Shown in pieces: positions 50,683-63,500 of a stretch of 64,000 bases of DNA. Position 1 is the first letter of the stretch; each line of letters begins with the position of its first letter. The notes under the pieces are model-generated. The model was not told where the DNA came from. It made no database searches and worked only from the letters and a program-made list of their open reading frames with translations. This DNA is from Pavona decussata (Eukaryota). A program made the position numbers and the translations under genes. The stretch spans positions 558,001 to 622,000 of the forward strand of contig CDRNST010000064.1 of assembly GCA_977016875.1 (NCBI GenBank), written 5' to 3'.

Positions 50683-51520
50683 ATGCCGTCCATTGACATT
50701 ACATTGGAAAGCAGAGGGAGTCTAGCATTCATTGTGTTAGAACACATCAATTCTACGTTAATAGACATATGTAAAAAGATACGAGAAGAGGTCGATGAGC
50801 TTGCTCCACAAGAATTTCGCTTCATTTCCATATCGGGGTGACCAATAAGCAAAGTGCAGGAGGCCAAGATCAGCATTAAGAGATGCCCTTCATGACGGAA
50901 AAATGCTGGTTTTTCACAGTTACAAAAGAAAGCAGAATCAGAACAGAAAGGCCGGCGAATTCATGGAAGGCAATAAGGCAAACAAATATGGGGCAACATC
51001 TACAGAAACAAGTCAAGAGACTAAGCATTACATGAAAGCAGATTAATACCAGGTGCTAAAAACCCGGCGCAAAAAACGTTGAACAAATATTTCACTATTT
51101 CCTCGAGTACGAAAACCTTCAACATCTCAGAAAAATCTGCTATCTCATAAGTGAGAACGTCAGTGTTCATGAGCAGAAAACTGAGCAAAACCAAACTGTT
51201 AAAAAGGGGGTATCCCTTGTTTTTCCAACAGAAAAATACTTTTGTTCACCGATCATGAAATTTCCAACCAACCATCCTGGCTAGAGAGAGAAAGGCAGAA
51301 ACACTGGAATTTAAAAGTTCATAAATTAAATAATTCTAAGCAATGTACAACATATGACAATGAAGAATTGCTTGGCACTGTTGATACGGATTGGACCTTT
51401 AGAAAAGCACGACTTCTTCAGATCAGAACAGATGACCTGCAAGTTATGCAAGATAGCCTAGAAACTGTTTACCACGATCGGCATCCTCCCCATCCACCAA
51501 TTATGAGGTGATATCGAAGC
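50683..51520 (+). pseudogene. Degenerate ORF of unknown function, paralogous to 38960-39460
   Basis: See paralog; also shares IPGAKNPAQKTL vs VPGGKRAVQSML and VKKGV vs VRKGV; continues FTDHEISNQPSWLERERQKHWN. Confidence 0.6.
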
Positions 51521-51776
51521 TACTGGTATACATTGAAAATGAAAATAGCAAATTATCCTCAGTAACCTCTGAGACAATCAGGGACCAAACAGAGGAAAGA
51601 TTGCATAACTATTTGCGTGACAAAATGCACCAGTGACGCACTTTTCAAGGCCCTAAATTCACGGGAAGCCAGTTTGAGAAAATTCAAAGCTAAACAACTG
51701 GAAGAGGAGCCATCTGACAACCGTGTATTTAAAAATTAAAAAACTCTAAAATCTTTGTTTTTGTTGTTTTGGTAGG

Positions 51777-52390
51777 CATCCATCTCCAGGTTCAACAAGC
51801 TGCAATTGGCTTATTCAAATCGTAACATTCTCAAAAAACTTGATACTCTTGGAAAAGAACATGATGCACATCTCACAAAAACAAAGCAGAGGATTTAAAG
51901 AGAATAATATATTAATGTATGCCAAAGAGAAGTGTGATAGTGTGGCATGTACCCATGCTGCCTGTTCAGCCTCATGCCAAAAGGAGGTTGGTGCTGTAAG
52001 GAAGGAGGTCAATGAGTTGAAGAAGAAGACATGTCATCCTGGCTTTGTCATTTCCTTTGATAACATTGATGTCAACGTGCATTGTCGAAATATGACAATG
52101 GACTCACAAAATCGTGACTTCAATTGGATAAATCATCAAATGATTGAAAACAGGGTATCAGGTGCAATATTAAATTCTACTAAGCCTACAAACTACCTGC
52201 CAAATGTCTCCAATCTTCAGTTCGTTCCAGTGCTTGAAGATCAACAACGTCAAAGGCACAACCATATTATTTTGACGTCCCGTATTCTGGTGGAATACTT
52301 CCAAGCCCTGTTTCCCCTGGCTGAAGTATGCATCCAGCATATCACCCATAAGTACTCCCAAGAAAGACACAAAAGACAAACAGGGTACAT
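51777..52390 (+). pseudogene. DUF6589-like (AcademH-type) transposase exon
   Basis: After an AG acceptor: RFNKLQLAYS..NILKKLDTLGKEHD ... GFVISFDNIDVNVH.RNMTMDSQNRDFNWINH..IENRVSG ... SRILVEYF...HITHKYS. Confidence 0.6.
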
Positions 52391-52942
52391 GTAACTTGTG
52401 TTTTCTTATTTTTTAATGAAATAGCAAGGAGTAAGGATAAATAATGAAATAGCAAGGAGCAAACTAATTTCCAAAACTCTCATGTCATATCTAGACAAAG
52501 TTTATTCATTTGCAGTCAATAACAAACGATCACCTTGAAAAGTGTTATTTCATTATTTTATTACTCTGTAACCCTTTAAGCCCTGATATCAGCATATTGT
52601 CCACACTGTTATGATTATGTATATTTTGATACCATTGTTATAATATCAACTTACATAAAGTGGTAGTAGTGATCCATCAAATTACAAGTGTTTGGGAGGG
52701 TTGGAAACTGTTATGAGCAACCTTTCGTACATACAGAACGTGTCATCCAGGCCATTACTTATACAATGTATGGATTTTATTCATTTGGTTGACTTGTCTG
52801 AGGCTTTTGATCTGTGATTTTGTTAAATTGTAATCATGGTTGATGACAGTTAAAACCATAAGTACAGTTGGGTGTATGTAATGAGAGGTACTAAGATGTT
52901 AATGTCCTTTCCTGTTAAAGGAAGTATTCTCTGTTCTTTCAG

Positions 52943-53713
52943 ATGTCAACCAGTAAAGAATGGACTGTGACAAAGGTTCAACAGTCAGACAGTGTTAATG
53001 ACATCATCCTGAAAGAGGACCTGTTCCTGATGCTTAAAGCTGAGAATCCAGAAATTTATTGAGATGTGTTCTTCTCTGAAATTGGAAGGTTAATGGCAAG
53101 TGGTCCCTTTGAGAATGTTGCTCCATACCAAAAGAAAGGGGAAAAAATTGGCTACAGGTTTCTTTGCAACAAAACAAGTGATGTGTTTGACACCACATTT
53201 CAATCAAAAGAGAAGCCCAAAATGAAAGTGGAAGAAACATTCACTAAAATGTCCACCACTACTACTAAAACAATGGGAAAACAAATTAAAGGCAACAAAG
53301 ATAAGCGAAAAACGAAAAGAAGGAAAATCAATAGTAATATTCCTAAATCTGACAATAACAGTAGTCCATTGGCATTTTCAGTTGATGTGGTGAACAGTGT
53401 TGATGGGTCTTCCAACAGCTGTGATGGTACAGAAATTACTCCAGGTGTAGATGGTAAAAGGTGCACCCCAGTGGTGATTGCTGCAGTTGATGTGGTGAAA
53501 GATGAGCCAAAAACCAAAAAAATAAAATTCAGTAGTAGCATTCCTAAATCTGACAAATGCAGTAATCCATTGGCATTTTTGGTTAATGTGGTGAACAGTG
53601 ATGATGGGTTTTCCAAAAGTTGTGATGGTGCTGAAATTACACCAGGTGTAGATGGTAAAAGGTGCACCCCCTTCAACAAAATAGCACAATATTCTCGTCA
53701 TAAACTCCCTTAA
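52943..53713 (+). pseudogene. Unknown ORF with an in-frame 201-bp (67-aa) internal duplication and one early stop
   Basis: TTTCAG|ATG start; IPKSD..S.PLAF.V.VVNS.DG.S.SCDG.EITPGVDGKRCTP occurs twice. Confidence 0.45.
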
Positions 53714-55238
53714 CTGAACAAAACCTTTGGGGAATTGTAGGGTAAGTTCATACAAACACAACATTTTATTCATCTTACGTATCTTTTTTCATAGATTATG
53801 TCAAGATCTGGATCACAGTTCAGCATACGTGTATTTTCAAGTTTGCTGCGAGTGGGTGGAAATAACTTGGATTTAGCAGGTTGTTATCAATCAAAGAAAT
53901 TACAAAAGAGCAATTTTAGATGATAGCGGGACAGAATTGTCTGTTATCTTCGGTTCCTTCTCATTTACGTCCTTTTATTGTCATTGCTCACTGTACGTCA
54001 ATTGTAAACCGACTAATAAATTTTTGTCACTTTGTAAAGAAATGGTACTTTTGTTCAATTGTCAATAGACTAATAACTTTAACGGAGGGTGCTGAAGGGG
54101 AGAAATGGGAATTGAGATTTGCCCGTCCTTTACTTGGAAATGGTATGTGGACAATATGTGAGCTAAGAAATGGGATTTGTAACCTCTCTTCTCCTAGGGG
54201 CCCGCTTGGATAGCCTCCTAATAATGTGTAAACTAGGGCCTTGTTGCTTACGATTAAAACCTAACCAAGGTTTCCATGTCACTCATTAAGAATGTTTGAA
54301 AGACCGAATTTTAAGCCTGTGGTGAAAGAAACTCTTCACCATTACTGAGGGAAAAAAAATCTTTTTCAAGAATCTCATAATTTAACTCAAATCAATGTTC
54401 ACAGCTTTAACGGTCCAGGCCTTTGCTGCGAGAGATTGTAGAAGACAAGCAATGGTGTTTACCTGATAATTGTCTCTTTTAATTTGCTGACCGGGAAACA
54501 ATGACACAAAGTCAGCTGGCTGGGAATTTCCCTCATTATCTAAATGGGAGCTGGAATTTCACTCATTGTCTTCCTGGAAGTGCGGAACACCTTTTTTCTC
54601 ACAGCAACATCGACAATCTCAAAAAAATATTTTATTAGTGTTTCATTATCATGCTTTTGTCTATTATTCTTCATTTTGCAAAAAATCTTCGTTGGGCGAC
54701 CCTGACATTACTCCATTTTTGTTTTATTAAAATAGGGTATTTAAATATTGCCAAAACTAAAGTAAGCACATTTCCTAAATCTACTTTAGCTAGTGAACAT
54801 TGAAGTGTTCCAATCTATAAAATCATTGCTCTTTTAAGGGTGAAATGGGACATTACTCCATAAATGTGCATTAAATTAAATTGCTTTGAGGTATTTGTTA
54901 TTCAAAAAGACAAGCGTTTGTGGAGTATTGTTGTGAATGTCGGTAACAGCAGGGTGATTTGAGAAATCAATGACATGTATAAAGAATTCAATAACAAATC
55001 AACACATTTGCATGGAAATTGTAGCAAAAAGAGAGCAAGCTTGCCGTATTTTTAAGCATTTTCCTGTGGAGTAATGTTGCTGTCGTTTGTTTATGTACAT
55101 CTCTCAAAAATAATTGATTGACAGGTGACGCTATAAAAAAGCGGACTAATTTAAGTAACAGTTTGTTATCGTTCCCTTATGGAAAACCCACTTTAACCTT
55201 ATAATTAAAGTAGGAGAGCTATAATTTTCGTTTCATGT

Positions 55239-55548
55239 TTACACGATGGTCCTTATAGAGTTCTGCCCTTCTCTTCTCAGCGTATCAGTGAGCCAAGCAA
55301 AGTATTCTTCATGTTCAGTCCTTTTGTCCATAGAATGAACAACATACCTGATGTTAGTTTTGTTCGGACTTTCCTTGATTTCAACAAAACATTCCATATC
55401 TAATATGTTAAGAATGGTATCTCTTGTGAGGCGAGTTGCAGTGGCTGTCAAAGCAATGACTGGAATGTCTGAAGCCACAGACCTAACTCATACAGCTTCC
55501 CACATGATTCTCTAAATGCAGCAATTTTATTGTTCTATGAAGTCCCCC
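55239..55548 (-). pseudogene. RecQ-family (SF2) helicase exon remnant
   Basis: After an AG acceptor: GTS*NNKIAAFRESCGKLYEL...DIPVIALTATAT (motif III)...ESPNKTNIRY...RTIV. Confidence 0.75.
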
Positions 55549-56320
55549 TTGAAAATAAGATTGTTTACTCTGTTAGTATTTTCAACCGAAAGTAAATGCT
55601 ACATCTAAGTAATATAAATAAAACATAACTCCACCGGTAATTATCTACAAAGAAAGTTAAACATACTTTCATAATATTTCAAATTATCACCTAACAAAAA
55701 TCCATCAACAACACAAAATAATTTGTATTTTAATTGCGTGAAAGACTGCACTGGTAACAAGCCAAAATTTGTACATCTAAAGTATAAAAAATGCAAGATA
55801 CTGCCTGTTTCTTATGTCACGCCCTCCGGGTAGCTGTACTTAAAGAAATTCGTGTTTTGATCGAAATATTACTTTAGTTTTGATTAATAACATTATTTAT
55901 CGTGGGTAATTCTTTTCGTCAGCTTTTGGAAAATGATGAATCATTTTTATACATAGGGAGTGGAATTATGGCAATATTAATGATGGTGGTTATAATATAC
56001 AGTCTGTAATAGTTTATTTTTATGATTATTTTCAACCCTGTAAAGAACATTGGGGTGGTTCATTCGATGAGGTTTGTCTTACCTGCCTCCGATCCAAGGC
56101 GAATATTGGAAGGTGAGTACAAGTAGATGGAAGTATATTTTAATTAGTTTGTACTGTGATATTTTTGTAGAGAAATGTTCCATTATGTACGGTCTTGGAT
56201 TATTTCCTGAAAGTAAAAGCGTGTCTCCATGATTTGTTAATAGCAAAGGGATAATAATAAATTGCAATTTAATTTTCTTTTTTAAAGGGGGTCTGGAATT
56301 AGAGATGATCTCTGGTTTTT

Positions 56321-56840
56321 ATTGGACAAAGAGTTAGGCAATGTTTCCTTGTGTGCTCTTCACAATGAGATGAGGAACACAGAGCAGCTGCTTGGTTCGC
56401 TTGGCCTATTTTCCTACAGGTGCAATGCCCTCACTGAATGCAATGAGGCCATTAGCCACTATGGTCCTGATTTGTCTAGGGAATATGACCAATTAAAAGT
56501 GAAACTTCGGAAGGGCCAAGAGACTGCCGTTACCAAGAACAACCTAACTGTTGCGTCCTTCTCTGGTAAACAAAACTTATTTACAATAAGATCATAAAGA
56601 AGCTATCAATTGTTGAAATTATATCAGCATTTTCAAAAGCTAACTACAAAGTGCAGGTGTACGGTAACCTCTATTTTTTGTCACTGATTATTTTCTTGCA
56701 GGTAATACAGAGAGAAGCATTCTCGGGAATTTTGATGTCATAATTGACAAGGCTCAACCAAAGGACAAAGTTGTGGCATATTACTCAGATGTGGATGGTA
56801 CTTCCAAAAATGTGGTCCTAGGCTATGTGATAATCGAAGC
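56321..56840 (+). pseudogene. Transposase-like two-exon remnant (CxLH..MR motif)
   Basis: SLCALHNEMRNTEQLL...VASFSG|GT intron AG|NTERSILGNFD; superfamily uncertain. Confidence 0.35.
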
Positions 56841-57514
56841 GTGACAACGCTTGGCATTTATTTGCCATTTTCGATCAATTGTTTGAAAAATTTCGAGTTC
56901 TTTGCACGGATACTTTGATAGCAGATTTACAGAGCGATAAATAATAAGTTATAAGTGAAAAATTCGAAGTTTAACTTCAAAGTCCTTCGTATTGACGTTC
57001 GCTTTGATCTCGAGTGACAGTAGCTCAAGCCATGAGCGATGCATCGATGAGATCGTAAGAGGTGGCTGTGGTTTCTGTTAATATCTCTTAAGTAAATGCA
57101 ACCTGATAACTAGCAATGAAACACAAACAAAGACAATTCAGAGCACGGCCATTGAAAAATGCGTTATTCCCTAGGTTTCGTCTCAGTTTCGTCTCCTGCT
57201 TCGTTCATTCCTCTCTAGGTAGATGCAAGGGCAAAACGCATGCACTGCCCTTGCAACACCTCGTGAAACCTGCGGCCGATGTACATATGGATTCAGGCAG
57301 TACTGTAGTTGGCCTTTATCCCAATATCCCCCATGATGAAGGTTTGGAAGCTATGCGAAAAATTCTGAATAAGAGAATTAACCAAGAGATTCCTACCGCT
57401 CATATTGTTGACTTGGTGGAATTGGTTCTCAAAACAATAACTTTGAATTTGACGGTAAACATTTTAAAAACATGGTACAGCAATTGGTACCAGGATGGCA
57501 CCTGCCTACGCTAA

Positions 57515-58990
57515 ACCAGACATTATGCTAGACATAATGTAATTTATAGCAAGGCATGGTGCTCACATGATAATCCGTTGGGTAAGGCTGTACCAGGTAC
57601 GCCAAATCTAGCCAATGGGATATGCGGGCGTTCTCTCGGGTATATTGCGTCTAGTTTCAATGCTATTATTCCTTCTCTCCTTTGTCATCGAGTAAAATCT
57701 TATTTTCTTCGTTTTATTCAAGCAAGTATTACCATTTTTGTTTTATCATGGCACCACTACGTGTTTTGATTCTCGGACATTCGTTTGTTCGTCATTTACA
57801 CACTTTTCTTTTGCGTAATTTTAATGCGCAAATCGCAGAAAACTTTAGTGTGCCAGGTGATCTTGTCATCCGATGGCATGGGATTGGAGGGAGAACTGTT
57901 TTTAAAACTAAAAAGTTTGACCTTTCTGCTGCCGAGGAGTTCGCTCCCGACTTGGTTGTCTTACAGTTAGGTACTAATGACCTTGCCAACACTTCGCCCA
58001 TTGAAACGGGCTCGGTAATCGAAGACTTGTGTCGATTGCTTCATGAGTCATACGGTGTTGAAGTGATTTGTGTCTGCCAAACCCTCCATAGGCATAATAC
58101 TCCTTCGTTTAACAGGCAGGTCAATTTACTTTCACAATATCTTACGGTAGTCTTGGAGCTGCTACCATATACAATTTATTGGCGTCACCGAGGTTTTTGG
58201 CATGCCAAGTCTCATTTTCTTGCCCGTGACGGTGTACATTTAAATACCCGAGGCAATTATAAGTACTTACGTAGCTTGAGGGGCGCGGTTCTTAGATGTA
58301 GACGGCTTTTTATGGCTCGTTGAGTTTCATTTGTTTAATTGCAGTATTTCTTTTAACTTCCATTGCCAGTTCCCTGCTTTTGTTCTTTGCCAAGCCCATT
58401 GCTTTGTTTAAAACAGCCTTGCTATTTGTTCACATGTTAAAGGGAATTTTATTTCCCATGGTACAGCAGGCTTGTTCTATTGTTCAATCACGATATACAT
58501 GATATCGTGTTGATTATGCGGCTTTGGTTATGTTTATTTTTGTGCTTATGCTTTACCGTTTTGAGTGTACAATTTTGTCAGCCCCTTTTGGGGGGTCTAG
58601 TTTCAATGCTATTATTCCTTCTCTCCTTTGTCATCGATAAGGAAAGATCACCTTGGAGTAAAATCTTACCCGCCTCCTTCCCCTTCTCCTACCAACGGCT
58701 TATTATTACTATATAAGATTTGTTTAAATTTCCTTCTTGTTATATTCGTTTAGTTGTTTGGCGTGTTTTTGTCGCCCCACTTTGCATCAGTTACTTATTA
58801 ATGGATTTTTACATATATCGCTGTGTTGTGTTTCTGTTACATTTGATCTGATTAAACCTGCCACAATTGTGGCCAGATTTATCCAACACAGGTGTTTGTT
58901 TCAATAGCCTTGTATTAATGTAAGTAAACGGGAATTCAAGCGAAGCTCGCGCTAAAAGTTGGCCTTGTTTATCACCTGCATTGATATAAA
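57515..58990 (+). mobile_element. 1.48-kb insert without TSD carrying only an SGNH hydrolase ORF (Ngaro/DIRS-like non-autonomous element)
   Basis: Removal restores the PLE codons GCT AAT ATA TTT ATG (only AA ambiguity at the junctions); internal direct repeats at 57649-57702 and 58595-58668. Confidence 0.7.
57748..58323 (+). CDS. SGNH/GDSL hydrolase (esterase), intact 191 aa
   Basis: Block I ILGHSF, block II GIGG, block III QLGTND and block V DGVHLN all intact. Confidence 0.9.
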   Translation: MAPLRVLILGHSFVRHLHTFLLRNFNAQIAENFSVPGDLVIRWHGIGGRTVFKTKKFDLSAAEEFAPDLVVLQLGTNDLANTSPIETGSVIEDLCRLLHESYGVEVICVCQTLHRHNTPSFNRQVNLLSQYLTVVLELLPYTIYWRHRGFWHAKSHFLARDGVHLNTRGNYKYLRSLRGAVLRCRRLFMAR

Positions 58991-60439
58991 TATATTTATG
59001 CACAACCTAGAATCGCAGCTACTGGATTTAGCTCCAGTAAAGCCCTATCTTTGGCTCAGGTACATTGATGGTTTTTTCATGATTTGGACAGCAGGAAGAA
59101 GGATCACCTCTGGAGTTCCTTCAGTGGATAAATCAGTTTCACGATACCTTCAAGTTTACATGGGACTGGTCAAAACAGAACATTCACTATCTTAATGTAC
59201 AAGTTATAAACAACAACAGTGTTAAGGAAACTGATTTGTATACTAATTAAAAAAGTCAACTGATAAGCATCAGTACTTCTTCCATACTTCATGTCATCCT
59301 AAGGGGGTTAAACAAAGTATCCCATATGCACAGGCTTTCAGGGTCAGACGTATTTGTTCTACTTCTACTGCATTTGAGCATAGGGCATATGATCTAGAAA
59401 GTATTTAGTTTATAGGTTATCAAGAAAAATTTGTTCAGGACCAAATACATAGGGCTTGGGTAATAGACCAGGAAGAGCTACTTGCACCGAGGCCACGAAC
59501 AGATAACAAAAGATTACTGTTTCTGGTTACGTATCATCCATGTCTACCTAATATAGGGGGAATTTTAAGAGAGTTACACCTGCTTTAACACATCTCCAGT
59601 AGGTGTAAGCAGGCCATTAAAGATTTGCCCCTGATGGCCTTTTGTCATTCTAAGCGTTTGGGAGATTATCTGGTTCGCCTGAAATTACGACCTTTGGATT
59701 GGGGAACTGTGGGTACTCAAGCAACTCATAACTGTGCCAGTAACAGATGTGATGTTTGTTATTATCTTATTGTAGGTGATAGTTTTTCTACCCATGTTAC
59801 TAGTACAAGTTATACTATAAATCATAGTTTGGATTCTAATTCTAGGAATGCTGTTTATTTAATTAGTTGCAAGGTTTGTGGTTTCCAGTATGTCAGCTCC
59901 ACCACCACTAAGTTTACGTTGAGGTTCAACAACCACAAGAGCCATTTACGAGCCCACTTTAAGATGTCTGCTGCCAATAGGGAGAGCGGTGACCTTGTTT
60001 ATAAGCACTTTTATGGTCATGGACATCATGGACTGCAGGATGTTAGTATACAACTTATAGACAAGGTTAATGCAAAAGAAGATTTGCTTGCTAAGGAAGG
60101 CCAATGGGCATATCGGTTACGATCCTTTAAAGTGGATGGGCTCAATGAGTGATTTCTTTTTTAGCCAAAATAGTGGGGAACGTATCCAAAATTAAATTTC
60201 TTTTTTTTTCTATAGAATTACTGATATAGTCTAGTGGGTAATTTGGATGTAATTTTCCCTTATTTTGACATTTAGTTGTCCTTGTCACTCATATACTCTC
60301 TGTGCGAGTGCTATTCTTTGGCACGCACGTATGTCATGTTTATGTTTGAACTGTTACTGTTATTTTCGGATATAGTTGTAGCGCACATTTTCGTTTTTCA
60401 GTGGCGAAGTATACAATTGTGTATAACAGTTTTTCTTCA

Positions 60440-60482
60440 TTCACCCTGAAGAAGACCGACAAGTTGGTCGAAATATAGGTAT
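60440..60482 (+). ncRNA. Minimal hammerhead ribozyme in the PLE 3' region
   Basis: ACC-CTGAAGA-A-GACCGAC(AA)GTTGGTC-GAAA-TATA-GGT: core, stem II, palindromic TATA stem III, short stem I. Confidence 0.7.
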
Positions 60483-61554
60483 TCTTTTTAAACGTGTCTT
60501 CTCTTTATTTGTGTTTGATATATAGTTTCATGAAGAAAACATCTACACGCATTGGATGCTTGTGAAAGATTTTGTATGAAGGAAGATATACAAAAACTAT
60601 ACATAGTTTACATAAGTATACATAATTTCTGTAAGAGTGCCCAAGTCTAGGCTCACCAATAATAGCCAGTCAAAGAACCTTGTCGAGGTTAGCTAACTTG
60701 TCTCTCAGTTCAACACAATCGATTACAATTCCCATTGCAACTTCCACGCTAAGATTGGGTACATCTGAACCTTTTTTTCTTTTGCCTGGATTCTCACATA
60801 CAATCATCATATTCAGCAAATGATGAGACTTCCTTTAGACCTTAACAATTTAAAGTTTCTACCTAGCAGTAGAGGAAAATCCAAGAGTGAATAAGCTCTT
60901 CTGCGAACTCTCTTTTCGTCTTTCTCTGTTTCATTGTTGGCGGAAGGCTGCTATTGTAAAAAAAAAATCACCCCAGCTGATTCCCTATCATTCAATAGGT
61001 AAAGTCATGCAACATCTGTGAAGATTGTTTTGTATTTGTGGAAACTCCTTCAATTGGCTTTCATCCCCAAGATTGGGAGGATCAACACCAAAATACTACA
61101 TAAACACACGGTTATGACAGTTCTTTTTTAAAAAAATTAAAATTGATGACAATAACAACTATGATGATACCGACCATGTTATGATGGTGACATTAACCAG
61201 TTTAGTTTAAGTTAATCATTACTGTGGCACACAACTCATTTCTGTGTATTTTGTTAGAATGATCAATGGGACTTTGTCATATGGATTGACAGAACAGCAC
61301 TCAAGTTTCTCCTAACCAACCAACATTGGTTCAGAAGGTGAAAAATCGTTTGACACAGTTTAGCCATATTCGGTCACACACAATTGCAAAATGTTATGTA
61401 GTTGTGTGATTGCATTTCCCTGGTATTTATAATGAGGATTTTCATGGTCAACTAAGCTATCACTACTGTAATAGTTTGTATCAGAACTTTTTCTTTCCAA
61501 CGTAGCTGTGGATGCCCCTACTAGCTTTTGAGAGATCTGACTCTATATATACTG

Positions 61555-63500
61555 TTTAAACTTGCCAACACATTTGCGTTTTAAGTAGGAAAACGTTATT
61601 GTTGTAGGAATTGTTCTCATGAGGAACTGAAGTCGTTAAATGAATTTTTAAATCCAGCTGTGGACGAAATGAAAGCTTTCTGGAAAGGTGTACATTTGAA
61701 GTCATGCTTGAGTTCTAATTCACTGACGTTTCATATATGACTTTATTTGACAAATGTTACTGTTTCCCAAACATTTCACTAAGTCTTTACATAATCACAG
61801 TGATGGGAAACCTTTGTGAATTATAATCTATAAATAAATGACTTGTTTTGATAAAGAACATCGTTTCGTGAATTTATTAGTTTTTTGTTTTTCTTTTATG
61901 AGCGCCATCTTGAATTTTTGGCTCCATTTTTTTCAAGAATAAAATAAGAAAACGAAACTCTTCATGCATGTGAAGATTCAGTGAGATCCTGGAAAAAAAC
62001 TCAAATGTTTTACAAAAAAAAAAACAATATATGCCCCTTTTGTGGAAAGCCCTTTAATTGTTTTGTTCTTTGAGATGTCCCTTCAGCATTTTTGTTGTTG
62101 TTCTTTTAGTGTGGACTCAGCCAATGACTCCCAAGTCCTTGAAAAAGCCAAAGGAGAGTTGTTGCACTATGTTGTGGCCCTGAAGAGTGCCAGTGGTCAA
62201 ATGCTGAGATAAAAGATAATGACATGATATGGCCCATCACTGATAGATAGATGCTCCTAGTAATGGGCTTCCGATGTTGTGTACCTTAAAGGACACCTTT
62301 ACACTGAATACTACTCTAGAATTTAACATTTACTTTCGATATCGGTTGCATGCATGTGGCATGCCATACGTGCGTGAATACCAAAATGATAGGAGCAGCT
62401 TGTGTGAATGAAAAAAAAAAGTCAATAATTGACATAATATATTAGTTATAGGACAGTTTATCCATGGTGTGCTCATAAATTTTATTCCTTTTGTTAATTA
62501 GTGGTATTCAAAAGGCACTTCCTCTCCACCCACAGGACAGATCAGAAAAAGAAAGGTGGAAGTTACGTAGAACACAAACGAATATGTTGACAGCAGGGTA
62601 GAAAAAGAGAGGTAAGATTTCGATTACAATACATGTTTTGTTGCACCATGAAGAAGCCACAAAATCTTTGAACCTTGGTTTATTCATATTATTGATGACT
62701 TGTTTCCTCTCGTCTATCTCTACTGTATGTGTGGGTAGCAGGAACAAAACACAATCAAATAGTTATTGGGTTGCCAAATTCTCGGCTTTAGATATCAAGC
62801 GGCTAAACTTACCTCATTTGACAGTTTCAATGACAGCACAGTCAGTTTCCACAATCTTGAAGAAGGAGGCATGTCAAACAGTATGTCTGTGCGCGAGAAG
62901 GTGCCATCACACGACAACGCAATAGCGGAAAAACAAAAATGCCGCGCCAAGTTACTTATGTAAACTATGCTAACATAGTCCCTTTAACCCTCACAAACTA
63001 TAGTTCAGGTTATGGTTACCCCATTGGCACAAACTCGTCAGGTGCGATTCAAGTACCAACTAACTTTCGCTCAAAGGACAAACTCCTTCAGTATCTGAAA
63101 CGATACTTTGGTTGCTTAAGTGTGAGCAACATGCCCTGCTCGTTTTACAAGTGACCACAAGGCAGGGGTCTTAGCCTAATTTCATTCTCCTCCTACAGAA
63201 AATTGCGAGAGGCTACCGGTTATCATTCCAGACCCTACACACTTTCCTAACAATGCCTATGCAAATCCTCCAATCCCAAACACATCCTTAAAACAGCAAC
63301 TGAATCAACTACATCTCAATTCGCTAGAAGGATTTAATACAATGCATAGCCAAACTACACCAAACCAGTACTTGCCTTGTCCTTTTTAAGTGTAAATACC
63401 TCCTTGTCCTCTGCAAATGCAGAATAATAGTGCAACGTTTTCTGGGGCTTTAAATTGACGTCATACACATCTCTCTGTTATTAACTAATTCCTTTCTGAT
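61555..63500 (+). repeat. Compact copy of the patchwork segment found at 19170-26700 (starts with a CACTA Tnp2 remnant)
   Basis: Blocks match 19170-20320, 24887-25540 and 26620-26702 in the same order and orientation. Confidence 0.9.

Larger units (their letters stand above)
57300..60520 (+). mobile_element. Penelope-like element (RT + C-terminal GIY-YIG endonuclease), 5'-truncated, degenerate, interrupted at 57515-58990
   Basis: VVGLYPNIPHDEG, GTAIGTRMAPAYA|NIFM, WLRYID, SCHP..KQSIPYAQ; NAVYLISCKVCGFQYV...RFNNHKS...KEGQW...DGLNE; 3' hammerhead. Confidence 0.92.
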
